The translations under genes were made by a program, and so were the position numbers. A DNA stretch of 64,000 bases. It comes from the human T2T-CHM13v2.0 reference genome, Homo sapiens. Below the pieces are notes generated by a model that saw only the letters and a program-made list of their open reading frames with translations, made no database searches and was not told where the DNA came from. Numbering within the stretch: the stretch's first letter is position 1; each line of letters starts with the position of its first letter. This document shows positions 28,967 through 43,247 of this stretch, in pieces. The stretch lies in the NCBI RefSeq assembly GCF_009914755.1, contig NC_060948.1, one strand, 5' to 3'.

Positions 28967-31900
28967 ATGGAGTCAAATGGAATGGTCTGGAATGGAATGA
29001 ACACGAATGTAATGCAATCCAATAGAATGGAATCGAATGGCATGGAATATAAAGAAATGGAATCGGAGAGAATGGAAACAAATGGAATGGAATTGAATGG
29101 AATGGAATTGAATGGAATGGGAACGAATGGAGTGAAATTGTATGCAGTAGAAGGGAATAGAATGGAATGCAAGCGAAAGGAAAGGAATGGATTGGAATGG
29201 AATGGAATTCATTGGAATGGAAGGGAATGTAGTGTAATGGACAGGCCTGGAATAAAGTGGAATGCTACGGTCTCGAATGGAATAAAAATGTATGGAATGG
29301 AATGCAATGAAACGGAATCGAATGTCATAGAATGTAATGGAATGCAAAAAAATGGAATCCTAAATCATTGACTGGAAAGGCTGGGTGTCGAAAGGAATTG
29401 ACTCCAATGGAATGGAATCGAATGGAATGGAAGTGAATAGAATCGAACTAAATCGAATGGAATGGAATTGATAGGAACGGAATGGAAAGGAATGCAATGA
29501 TTTGGCATGGAATGGAATCGAATGGCATCGAATGGAATGGAATGGAATGCAATGGAATGGAATGTATTAGAATGTAATGAACTTTAATGGAATGTACTCG
29601 AATGGATTCGACTGGAATGGAATGTTCTGGAAGTGAATGGACTCCAATGGAATGGATTCAAAAGGAATGGAATCGTACGGAAAGGAATCTAATGGAATGG
29701 AATTAAATGGAAATGAATCAAATTGAATAGCACGGAATTGAATTGAATGGAATGGAATGCAATGGAATCTAATGAAACGGAAAGGAAAGGAATGGAATGG
29801 AATGGAATGGGCTGGAATGGAAAGGAATCGAAACGAATGGAATGGAATCGAACTGAAGAGACTGGAACGGAATGCACTGGAATGGAAGGGAGTGTAATGG
29901 AAGGTTCTCGAAAAAAATGGAATCGAATGGAATGGAATTGAATGGAACGGAATAGAGTCGAATGGAATTGAATGGAATGGAATGGACTAGAGTGAAATGG
30001 AATCGAACCACAAGGAATGGAGAGGAATAGAATGGTCTCGAATTGAATGGAATCGTATGGAATGGCATCAAACGGAATGGAATGGACAGCCACGGAATGG
30101 AATGCACTCGAATGCAATGGAGTCGAAACTAATGGACTGGAATAGAATGGACTCGACTGGTACGGACTCCAATGGAATGGAATCGAATGGAAGGGAATCG
30201 AACGGAATGGACTCGAAGGGAAAAGACTGCAATGGAAAGGTCTCGAATGGAATGGAAATTAATGGAATGGAATGGAATCGAATGAAATGGAGTCAAAAGG
30301 AATGGAATCGAATGGCAAGAAATCGAATGTAATGGAATCACAAGGAATTGATGTGAACGGAACGGAATGGAATGGAATCCAAAGGAATGGAATAGAATGG
30401 AATGGAATCGAATGGAAAGGACTCGAATGGAAATCACTCGAATAGAATGCAATTTAATAAAATAGGATCAAATGTAATGGAATGGAATGAAAAGGAATCG
30501 AAACGAAAGGAATGGAGACAGATGGAATGGAATGGAACAGAGAGCAATGGTATAGAATGGAATGGAATCATCTGGAATGGAATTGAATGGAATGGAATAA
30601 TATGAAATGGAATGGAATGGAATGGAATGGAATGCCCTTGAATTAAATGGACTGGAATGGAATGGACTCGAACAGAGTGGAATGGAAAGTGTTGAGATAG
30701 AATGGAATGGACTCCTTTGGAATGGTGTAGTATGCAATGCAATCGACTGGCAGGGAATCAAAAGGAATGTAATCGAATGGATTGGACTGGAATGCAATGG
30801 ACTCGAATAGATTGGAAACGGAATGCAAAGGAATGGAATGGAATAGTATGGAATGGAATGGAAAGGAATGGAGTGGAATAGACTAGAGTGGAATGGAATG
30901 GACTGGAAAGCAATGGACTGGAATGGAACTTTCTTGAATGGACTGGAATCAAACGGAATGGAATGCAATGCAATCAAATGGCATGGAATAAAATAGAATG
31001 AAAGAGAATCAAATGGAATTGAATCGAATGGAATCGAATGGATTGGAAAGGAATAGAATGGAATGGAATGGAATTGACTCAAATGGAATGGACTAGAATG
31101 GAATGGATTCGAATGGAAGGCAAAGGAATGGAATCTATTGGAATGGACTGTAATGGAATGGAATGGAAGGGATTGGAATGGACTCGAATGGAATGGACTG
31201 CAATAGAAAGGATTCGAATGGAATGAAAAAGAATTGAATGGAATAGAACAGAATGGAATCAAATCGAATGAAATGGAATGGAATAGAAAGGAATGGAATG
31301 AAATGGAATGGAAAGGATTCGAATGGAATGCAATCGAATGGAATGGAATCGAACGGAATGGAATAAAATGGAAGAAAACTGGCAAGAAATGGAATCGAAA
31401 TGAATGGAGTGTTATGGAACGGAGTCAAAAGGAATTGAATGTAATAGAATGGAGTGGAGTGGACTCGAATATAATGGACTGGAATGGAATGAAATCACAT
31501 GGAATGGGAACGAATGGAATGGAATGGAAAGGAATGGAATCGAATGGAAAGGAATCGAATGGAAGGGAATGAAATTGAATCAACAGGAATGGAAGGGAAT
31601 AGAATAGACGGTAATGGAATGGACTCGAATAGAATGGACAGGAATGCTCAAATTGAATGGACTCGAATGGAATGGAAACGAAATGAATGTCATCGAATGG
31701 AATTGAATCGATTGGAATGAAATCATATAGAATGGAGTGGAATCAAATGGAATTGAATCGAAAGGAAAGGAAACAAATGGACTGAAATGAAATGGAATGG
31801 AATTGAATGGAAAGTTATGTAATGGAATAGAATGGAACGAAATTTCACGGAATGGATTCAAACTGAATGGAATCAAATCAATGGAATCAAATCAAATGGA

Positions 31901-32525
31901 ATGGAAAGGAATTGAATGGAGTAGATTGGATTGGATGGGATTGGAATGAAATGTACTGGAAAGGACTCGAATTTCATGAAACGGAATGGAATGAATTGGA
32001 ACGGAACGGACTCGAATGGAATGGAATGTCATGGAATGGCATCACATGGAATGGCATCAAATGGAATGGAATCGAATGCAATGGAATGCTATGGAATGGA
32101 ATGGAATGCATTGGAATGGAATGTCCTCTAATGGAATGGATTCGAGTGGAATGGAATCGAATATAATGGAGTCGAATGAAATGGAATTGAAAGGAATGGG
32201 ATCGAATAGAATGGAATATACTGGAATGTAATGTAATGAACTCGAATGTAATTGACTGGAATGGAATGTACATGAATGGAATGTAATCGAATGGAAAGTA
32301 ATCCAATGGAATAGAATCTAATGCAATAAAATCGACTCAGATAGAGTAGAATGCAATGGAATGGAGTGCAGTGCAATGGAATGGAATGGAATGCAATGGA
32401 ATGGAATGGAATGGAATGGAATGGAATGGAATGGAATGGAATGGAATGGTGTGGAATGGATAGTAATGGACTGGAGTGAAATGGACTGGAAAGGAATGGA
32501 CTCAAATTGAAAGGGCTCGAAAGGA
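28967..32525 (+). repeat. Unit U9 (3559 bp), mosaic or diverged
   Basis: F/D-like start (TCGGAGAG), some E markers (ATCACAAGG ~30337, ATGAAAAGG ~30487), many private variants after ~31420. Confidence 0.85.
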
Positions 32526-35500
32526 ATGGAGTCAAATGGAATGGTCTGGAATGGAATGAACACGAATGTAATGCAATCCAATAGAATGGAATCGAATGGC
32601 ATGGAATATAAAGAAATGGAATCGAAGAGAATGGAAACAAATGGAATGGAATTGAGTGGAATCGAATTGAATGGAATGGGAACGAATGGAGTGAAATTGT
32701 ATGCAGTAGAAGAGAATAGAATGGAATGCAAGCGAAAGGAAAGGAATGGATTGGAATGGAATGGAATTCATTGGAATGGAAGGGAATGTAGTGTAATGGA
32801 CAGGCCTGGAATAAAGTGGAATGCTACGGTCTCGAATGGAATAAAAATGTATGGAATGGAATGCAATGAAACGGAATCGAATGTCATAGAATGTAATGGA
32901 ATGCAAAAAAATGGAATCCAAAATCATTGACTGGAAAGGCTGGGTGTTGAAAGGAATTGACTCCAATGGAATGGAATCGAATGGAATGGAAGTGAATAGA
33001 ATCGAACTAAATCGAATGGAATGGAATTGATAGGAACGGAATGGAAAGGAATGCAATGATTTGGCATGGAATGGAATCGAATGGCATCGAATGGAATGGA
33101 ATGGAATGCAATGGAATGGAATGTATTAGAATGTAATGAACTTTAATGGAATGTACTCGAATGGATTCGACTGGAATGGAATGTTCTGGAAGTGAATGGA
33201 CTCCAATGGAATGGATTCCAAAGGAATGGAATCGTACGGAATGGAATCTAATGGAATGGAATTAAATGGAAATGAATCAAATTGAATAGCACGGAATTGA
33301 ATTGAATGAAATGTAATGCAATGGAATCTAATGAAACGGAAAGGAAAGGAATGGAATGGAATGGAATGGGCTGGAATGGAAAGGAATCGAAACGAATGGA
33401 ATGGAATCGAACTGAAGAGACTGGAATGGAATGCACTGGAATGGAAGGGAGTGTAATGGAAGGTTCTCGAAAAAAATGGAATCGAATGGAATGGAATTGA
33501 ATGGAACGGAATAGAGTCGAATGAAACTGAATGGAATGGAATGGACTAGAGTGAAATGGAATCGAACCACAAGGAATGGACAGGAATAGAATGGTCTCGA
33601 ATTGAATGGAATCGTATGGAATGGCATCAAACGGAATGGAATGGACAGCCACGGAATGGAATGCACTCGAATGCAATGGAGTCGAAACTAATGGACTGGA
33701 ATAGAATGGACTCGACTGGTACGGACTCCAATGGAATGGAATCGAATGGAAGGGAATCGAACGGAATGGACTCGAAGGGAAAAGACTGCAATGGAAAGGT
33801 CTCGAATGGAATGGAAATTAATGGAATGGAATGGAATCGAATGAAATGGAGTCAAAAGGAATGGAATCGAATGGCAAGAAATCGAATGTAATGGAATCGC
33901 AAGGAATTGATGTGAACGGAACGGAATGGAATGGAATCCAAAGGAATGGAATAGAATGGAATGGAATCGAATGGAAAGGACTCGAATGGAAATCACTCGA
34001 ATAGAATGCAATTTAATAAAATAGGATCAAATGGAATGGAATGGAATGGAAAGGAATCGAAACGAAAGGAATGGAGACAGATGGAATGGAATGGAACAGA
34101 GAGCAATGCTATAGAATGGAATGGAATCATCTGGAATGGAATTGAATGGAATGGAATAATATGAAATGGAATGGAATGGAATGGAATGGAATGCCCTTGA
34201 ATTAAATGGACTGGAATGGAATGGACTCCAACAGAGTGGAATGGAAAGTGTTGAGATAGAATGGAATGGACTCCTTTGGAATGGTGTAGTATGCAATGCA
34301 ATCGACTGGCAGGGAATCAAAAGGAATGTAATCGAATGGATTGGACTGGAATGCAATGGACTCGAATAGATTGGAAACGGAATGCAAAGGAATGGAATGG
34401 AATAGTATGGAATGGAATGGAAAGGAATGGAGTGGAATAGACTAGAGTGGAATGGAATGGACTGGAAAGCAATGGACTGGAATGGAACTTTCTTGAATGG
34501 ACTGGAATCAAACGGAATGGAATGCAATGCAATCAAATGGCATGGAATAAAATAGAATGAAAGAGAATCAAATGGAATTGAATCGAATGGAATCGAATGG
34601 ATTGGAAAGGAATAGAATGGAATGGAATGGAATTGACTCAAATGGAATGGACTAGAATGGAATGGATTCGAATGGAAGGCAAAGGAATGGAATCTATTGG
34701 AATGGACTGTAATGGAATGGAATGGAAGGGATTGGAATGGACTCGAATGGAATGGACTGCAATAGAAAGGATTCCAATGGAATGAAAAAGAATTGAATGG
34801 AATAGAACAGAATGGAATCAAATCGAATGAAATGGAATGGAATAGAAAGGAATGGAATGAAATGGAATGGAAAGGATTCGAATGGAATGCAATCGAATGG
34901 AATGGAATCGAACGGAATGGAATAAAATGGAAGAAAACTGGCAAGAAATGGAATCGAAATGAATGGAGTATTATGGAACGGACTCAAAAGGAATTGAATG
35001 TAATAGAATGGAGTGGAGTGGACTCGAATATAATGGACTGGAATGGAATGAAATCACATGGAATGGGAACGAATGGAATGGAATGGAAAGGAATGGAATC
35101 GAATGGAAAGGAATCGAATGGAAGGGAATGAAATTGAATCAACAGGAATGGAAGGGAATAGAATAGACGGTAATGGAATGGACTCGAATAGAATGGACAC
35201 GAATGCTCAAATTGAATGGACTCGAATGGAATGGAAACGAAAGGAATGTCATCGAATGGAATTGAATCGATTGGAATGAAATCGCATAGAATGGAGTGGA
35301 ATCAAATGGAATTGAATCGAAAGGAAAGGAAGCGAATGGACTGAAATGAAATGGAATGGAATTGAATGGAAAGTAATGCAATGGAATAGAATGGAACGAA
35401 ATTTCACGGAATGGAATCAAACTGAATGGAATCAAATCAATGGAATCTAATCAAATGGAATGGAAAGGAATTGAATGGAGTAGATTGGATTGGATGGGAT

Positions 35501-36099
35501 TGGAATGAAATCTACTGGAAAGGACTCGAATTTCATGAAACGGAATGGAATGAATTGGAACGGAATGGACTCGAATGGAATGGAATGTCATGGAATGGCA
35601 TCAAATGGAATGGCATCAAATGGAATGGAATCGAATGCAATGGAATGTTATGGAATGGAATGGAATGCATTGGAATGGAATGTCCTCTAATGGAATGGAT
35701 TCGAGTGGAATGGAATCGAATATAATGGAGTCGAATGAAATGGAATTGAAAGGAATGGGATCGAATAGAATGGAATATACTGGAATGTAATGTAATGAAC
35801 TCGAATGTAATTGACTGGAATGGAATGTACATGAATGGAAGGTAATCGAATGGAAAGTAATCCAATGGAATAGAATCTAATGCAATAAAACCGACTCAGA
35901 TAGAGTAGAATGTAATGGAATGGAGTGCAGTGCAATGGAATGGAATGGAATTGAATGCAAAGGAATGGAATGGAATGGAATGGAATGGAATGGAATGGAA
36001 TGGAATGGAATGGGATGGAATGGTATGGAATGGATAGAAATGGACTGGAGTGAAATGGACTGGAAAGGAATGGACTCAAATTGAAAGGGCTCGAAAGGA
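32526..36099 (+). repeat. Unit U10 (3574 bp), subtype H
   Basis: Private variants in the first third. Second-half markers GCAATGCTAT (~34103), CTCCAACAG (~34226), ATTCCAATGG (34771), GAGTATTATG (~34966), AATCTACTGG (~35509). Confidence 0.88.
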
Positions 36100-39000
36100 A
36101 TGGAGTCAAATGGAATGGTCTGGAATGGAATGAACACGAATGTAATGCAATCCAATAGAATGGAATCGAATGGCATGGAATATAAAGAAATGGATACGAA
36201 GAGAATGGAAACAAATGGAATGGAATTGAATGGAATGGAATTGAATGGAATGGGAACGAATGGAGTGAAATTGTATGCAGTAGAAGGGAATAGAATGGAA
36301 TGCAAGCGAAAGGAAAGGAATGGATTGGAATGGAATGGAATTCATTGGAATGGAAGGGAATGTAGTGTAATGGACAGGCCTGGAATAAAGTGGAATGCTA
36401 CGGTCTCGAATGGAATAAAAATGTATGGAATGGAATGCAATGAAACGGAATCGAATGTCATAGAATGTAATGGAATGCAACAAAATGGAATCCAAAATCA
36501 TTGACTGGAAAGGCTGGGTGTCGAAAGGAATTGACTCCAATGGAATGGAATCGAATGGAATGGAAGTGAATAGAATCGAACTAAATCGAATGGAATGGAA
36601 TTGATAGGAACGGAATGGAAAGGAATGCAATGATTTGGCATGGAATGGAATCGAATGGCATCGAATGGAATGGAATGGAATGCAATGGAATGGAATGTAT
36701 TAGAATGTAATGAACTTTAATGGAATGTACTCGAATGGATTCGACTGGAATGGAATGTTCTGGAAGTGAATGGACTCCAATGGAATGGATTCAAAAGGAA
36801 TGGAATCGTACGGAATGGAATCTAATGGAATGGAATTAAATGGAAATGAATCAAATTGAATAGCACGGAATTGAATTGAATGGAATGGAATGCAATGGAA
36901 TCTAATGAAACGGAAAGGAAAGGAATGGAATGGAATGGAATGGGCTGGAATGGAAAGGAATCGAAACGAATGGAATGGAATCGAACTGAAGAGACTGGAA
37001 TGGAATGCACTGGAATGGAAGGGAGTGTAATGGAAGGTTCTCGAAAAAAATGGAATCGAATGGAATGGAATTGAATGGAACGGAATAGAGTCGAATGGAA
37101 TTGAATGGAATGGAATGGACTAGAGTGAAATGGAATCGAACCACAAGGAATGGAGAGGAATAGAATGGTCTCGAATTGAATGGAATCATATGGAATGGCA
37201 TCAAACGGAATGGAATGGACAGCCACGGAATGGAATGCACTCGAATGCAATGGAGTCGAAACTAATGGACTGGAATAGAATGGACTCGACTGGTACGGAC
37301 TCCAATGGAATGGAATCGAATGGAAGGGAATCGAACGGAATGGACTCGAAGGGAAAAGACTGCAATGGAAAGGTCTCGAATGGAATGGAAATTAATGGAA
37401 TGGAATGGAATCGAATGAAATGGAGTCAAAAGGAATGGAATCGAATGGCAAGAAATCGAATGTAATGGAATCGCAAGGAATTGATGTGAACGGAACGGAA
37501 TGGAATGGAATCCAAAGGAATGGAATAGAATGGAATGGAATCGAATGGAAAGGACTCGAATGGAAATCACTCGAATAGAATGCAATTTAATAAAATAGGA
37601 TCAAATATAATGGAATGGAATGGAAAGGAATCGAAACGAAAGGAATGGAGACAGATGGAATGGAATAGAACAGAGAGCAATGGTATAGAATGGAATGGAA
37701 TCATCTGGAATGGAATTGAATGGAATGGAATAATATGAAATGGAATGGAATGGAATGGAATGGAATGCCCTTGAATTAAATGGACTGGAATGGAATGGAC
37801 TCGAACAGAGTGGAATGGAAAGTGTTGAGATAGAATGGAATGGACTCCTTTGGAATGGTGTAGTATGCAATGCAATCGACTGGCAGGGAATCAAAAGGAA
37901 TGTAATCGAATGGATTGGACTGGAATGCAATGGACTCGAATAGATTGCAAACAGAATGCAAAGGAATGGAATGGAATAGTATGGAATGGAATGGAAAGGA
38001 ATGGAGTGGAATAGACTAGAGTGGAATGGAATGGACTGGAAAGCAATGGACTGGAATGGAACTTTCTTGAATGGACTGGAATCAAACGGAATGGAATGCA
38101 ATGCAATCAAATGGCATGGAATAAGATAGAATGAAAGAGAATCAAATGGAATTGAATCGAATGGAATCGAATGGATTGGAAAGGAATAGAATGGAATGGA
38201 ATGGAATTGACTCAAATGGAATGGACTAGAATGGAATGGATTCGAATGGAAGGCAAAGGAATGGAATCTATTGGAATGGACTGTAATGGAATGGAATGGA
38301 AGGGATTGGAATGGACTCGAATGGAATGGACTGCAATAGAAAGGATTTGAATGGAATGAAAAAGAATTGAATGGAATAGAACAGAATGGAATCAAATCGA
38401 ATGAAATGGAATGGAATAGAAAGGAATGGAATGAAATGGAATGGAAAGGATTCGAATGGAATGCAATCGAATGGAATGGAATCGAACGGAATGGAATAAA
38501 ATGGAAGAAAACTGGCAAGAAATGGAATCGAAATGAATGGAGTGTTATGGAACGGACTCAAAAGGAATTGAATGTAATAGAATGGAGTGGAGTGGACTCG
38601 AATATAATGGACTGGAATGGAATGAAATCACATGGAATGGGAACGAATGGAATGGAATGGAAAGGAATGGAATCGAATGGAAAGGAATCGAATGGAAGGG
38701 AATGAAATTGAATCAACAGGAATGGAAGGGAATAGAATAGACGGTAATGGAATGGACTCGAATAGAATGGACACGAATGCTCAAATTGAATGGACTCGAA
38801 TGGAATGGAAATGAAAGGAATGTCATCGAATGGAATTGAATCGATTGGAATGAAATCGCATAGAATGGAGTGGAATCAAATGGAATTGAATCGAAAGGAA
38901 AGGAAGCGAATGGACTGAAATGAAATGGAATGGAATTGAATGGAAAGTAATGCAATGGAATAGAATGGAACGAAATTTCACGGAATGGAATCAAACTGAA

Positions 39001-39678
39001 TGGAATCAAATCAATGGAATCTAATCAAATGGAATGGAAAGGAATTGAATGGAGTAGATTGGATTGGATGGGATTGGAATGAAATGTACTGGAAAGGACT
39101 CGAATTTCATGAAACGGAATGGAATGAATTGGAACGGAATGGACTCGAATGGAATGGAATGTCATGGAATGGCATCAAATGGAATGGCATCAAATGGAAT
39201 GGAATCGAATGCAATGGAATGCTATGGAATGGAATGGAATGCATTGGAATGGAATGTCCTCTAATGGAATGGATTCGAGTGGAATGGAATCGAATATAAT
39301 GGAGTCGAATGAAATGGAATTGAAAGGAATGGGATCGAATAGAATGGAATATACTGGAATGTAATGTAATGAACTCGAATGTAATTGACTGGAATGGAAT
39401 GTACATGAATGGAATGTAATCGAATGGAAAGTAATCCAATGGAATAGAATCTAATGCAATAAAATCGACTCAGATAGAGTAGAATGTAATGGAATGGAGT
39501 GCAGTGCAATGGAATGGAATGGAATGGAATGCAATGGAATGGAATGGAATGGAATGGAATGGAATGGAATGGAATGGAATGGGATGGAATGGTATGGAAT
39601 GGTATGGAATGGATAGTAATGGACTGGAGTGAAATGGACTGGAAAGGAATGGACTCAAATTGAAAGGGCTCGAAAGGA
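36100..39678 (+). repeat. Unit U11 (3579 bp), subtype A
   Basis: Same A markers as U1, including GGATTTGAAT (~38343); 10-bp duplication GGTATGGAAT at 39591-39610. Confidence 0.9.
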
Positions 39679-42600
39679 ATGGAGTCAAATGGAATGGTCT
39701 GGAATGGAATGAACACGAATGTAATGCAATCCAATACAATGGAATCGAATGGCATGGAATATAAAGAAATGGATTCGAAGAGAATGGAAACAAATGGAAT
39801 GGAATTGAATGGAATGGAATTGAATGGAATGGGAACGAATGGAGTGAAATTGTATGCAGTAGAAGGGAATAGAATGGAATGCAAGCGAAAGGAAAGGAAT
39901 GGATTGGAATGGAATGGAATTCATTGGAATGGAAGGGAATGTAGTGTAATGGACAGGCCTGGAATAAAGTGGAATGCTACGGTCTCGAATGGAATAAAAA
40001 TGTATGGAATGGAATACAAAGAAACGGAATCGAATGTCATAGAATGTAATGGAATGCAACAAAATGGAATCCAAAATCATTGACTGGAAAGGCTGGGTGT
40101 CGAAAGGAATTGACTCCAATGGAATGGAATCGAATGGAATGGAAGTGAATAGAATCGAACTAAATCGAATGGAATGGAATTGATAGGAACGGAATGGAAA
40201 GGAATGCAATGATTTGGCATGGAATGGAATCGAATGGCATCGAATGGAATGGAATGGAATGCAATGGAATGGAATGTATTAGAATGTAATGAACTTTAAT
40301 GGAATGTACTCGAATGGATTCGACTGGAATGGAATGTTCTGGAAGTGAATGGGCTCCAATGGAATGGATTCAAAAGGAATGGAATCGTACGGAATGGAAT
40401 CTAATGGAATGGAATTAAATGGAAATGAATCAAATTGAATAGCACGGAATTGAATTGAATGGAATGGAATGCAATGGAATCTAATGAAACGGAAAGGAAA
40501 GGAATGGAATGGAATGGAATGGGCTGGAATGGAAAGGAATCGAAACGAATGGAATGGAATCGAACTGAAGAGACTGGAATGGAATGCACTGGAATGGAAG
40601 GGAGTGTAATGGAAGGTTCTCGAAAAAAATGGAATCGAATGGAATGGAATTGAATGGAACGGAATAGAGTCGAATGGAATTGAATGGAATGGAATGGACT
40701 AGAGTGAAATGGAATCAAACCACAAGGAATGGAGAGGAATAGAATGGTCTCGAATTGAATGGAATCGTATGGAATGGCATCAAACGGAATGGAATGGACA
40801 GCCACGGAATGGAATGCACTCGAATGCAATGGAGTCGAAACTAATGGACTGGAATAGAATGGACTCGACTGGTACGGACTCCAATGGAATGGAATCGAAT
40901 GGAAGGGAATCGAACGGAATGGACTCGAAGGGAAAAGACTGCAATGGAAAGGTCTGGAATGGAATGGAAATTAATGGAATGGAATGGAATCGAATGAAAT
41001 GGAGTCAAAAGGAATGGAATCGAATGGCAAGAAATCGAATGTAATGGAATCGCAAGGAATTGATGTGAACGGAACGGAATGGAATGGAATCCAAAGGAAT
41101 GGAATAGAATGGAATGGAATCGAATGGAAAGGACTCGAATGGAAATCACTCGAATAGAATGCAATTTAATAAAATAGGATCAAATGGAATGGAATGGAAT
41201 GGAAAGGAATCGAAACGAAAGGAATGGAGACAGATGGAATGGAATGGAACAGAGAGCAATGCTATAGAATGGAATGGAATCATCTGGAATGGAATTGAAT
41301 GGAATGGAATAATATGAAATGGAATGGAATGGAATGGAATGGAATGCCCTTGAATTAAATGGACTGCAATGGAATGGACTCCAACAGAGTGGAATGGAAA
41401 GTGTTGAGATAGAATGGAATGGACTCCTTTGGAATGGTCTAGTATGCAATGCAATCGACTGGCAGGGAATCAAAAGGAATGTAATCGAATGGATTGGACT
41501 GGAATGCAATGGACTCGAATAGATTGGAAACGGAATGCAAAGGAATGGAATGGAATAGTATGGAATGGAATGGAAAGGAATGGAGTGGAATAGACTAGAG
41601 TGGAATGGAATGGACTGGAAAGCAATGGACTGGAATGGAACTTTCTTGAATGGACTGGAATCAAACGGAATGGAATGCAATGCAATCAAATGGCATGGAA
41701 TAAAATAGAATGAAAGAGAATCAAATGGAATTGAATCGAATGGAATCGAATGGATTGGAAAGGAATAGAATGGAATGGAATGGAATTGACTCAAATGGAA
41801 TGGACTAGAATGGAATGGATTCGAATGGAAGGCAAAGGAATGGAATCTATTGGAATGGACTGTAATGGAATGGAATGGAAGGGATTGGAATGGACTCGAA
41901 TGGAATGGACTGCAATAGAAAGGATTCCAATGGAATGAAAAAGAATTGAATGGAATAGAACAGAATGGAATCAAATCGAATGAAATGGAATGGAATAGAA
42001 AGGAATGGAATGAAATGGAATGGAAAGGATTCGAATGGAATGCAATCGAATGGAATGGAATCGAACGGAATGGAATAAAATGGAAGAAAACTGGCAAGAA
42101 ATGGAATCGAAATGAATGGAGTATTATGGAACGGACTCAAAAGGAATTGAATGTAATAGAATGGAGTGGAGTGGACTCGAATATAATGGACTGGAATGGA
42201 ATGAAATCACATGGAATGGGAACGAATGGAATGGAATGGAAAGGAATGGAATCGAATGGAAAGGAATCGAATGGAAGGGAATGAAATTGAATCAACAGGA
42301 ATGGAAGGGAATAGAATAGACGGTAATGGAATGGACTCGAATAGAATGGACACGAATGCTCAAATTGAATGGACTCGAATGGAATGGAAACGAAAGGAAT
42401 GTCATCGAATGGAATTGAATCGATTGGAATGAAATCGCATAGAATGGAGTGGAATCAAATGGAATTGAATCGAAAGGAAAGGAAGCGAATGGACTGAAAT
42501 GAAATGGAATGGAATTGAATGGAAAGTAATGCAATGGAATAGAATGGAACGAAATTTCACGGAATGGAATCAAACTGAATGGAATCAAATCAATGGAATC

Positions 42601-43247
42601 TAATCAAATGGAATGGAAAGGAATTGAATGGAGTAGATTGGATTGGATGGGATTGGAATGAAATCTACTGGAAAGGACTCGAATTTCATGAAACGGAATG
42701 GAATGAATTGGAACGGAATGGACTCGAATGGAATGGAATGTCATGGAATGGCATCAAATGGAATGGCATCAAATGGAATGGAATCGAATGCAATGGAATG
42801 TTATGGAATGGAATGGAATGCATTGGAATGGAATGTCCTCTAATGGAATGGATTCGAGTGGAATGGAATCGAATATAATGGAGTCGAATGAAATGGAATT
42901 GAAAGGAATGGGATCGAATAGAATGGAATATACTGGAATGTAATGTAATGAACTCGAATGTAATTGACTGGAATGGAATGTACATGAATGGAAGGTAATC
43001 GAATGGAAAGTAATCCAATGGAATAGAATCTAATGCAATAAAACCGACTCAGATAGAGTAGAATGTAATGGAATGGAGTGCAGTGCAATGGAATGGAATG
43101 GAATTGAATGCAATGGAATGGAATGGAATGGAATGGAATGGAATGGAATGGAATGGAATGGGATGGAATGGTATGGAATGGATAGAAATGGACTGGAGTG
43201 AAATGGACTGGAAAGGAATGGACTCAAATTGAAAGGGCTCGAAAGGA
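39679..43247 (+). repeat. Unit U12 (3569 bp), C first half / H second half
   Basis: C markers (GAATACAAAGAAAC ~40012, ATCAAACCAC ~40714), then U10-type markers (GCTATAG 41261, CCAACAG 41381, ATTCCAATGG ~41924, GTATTATGG 42121). Confidence 0.88.
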
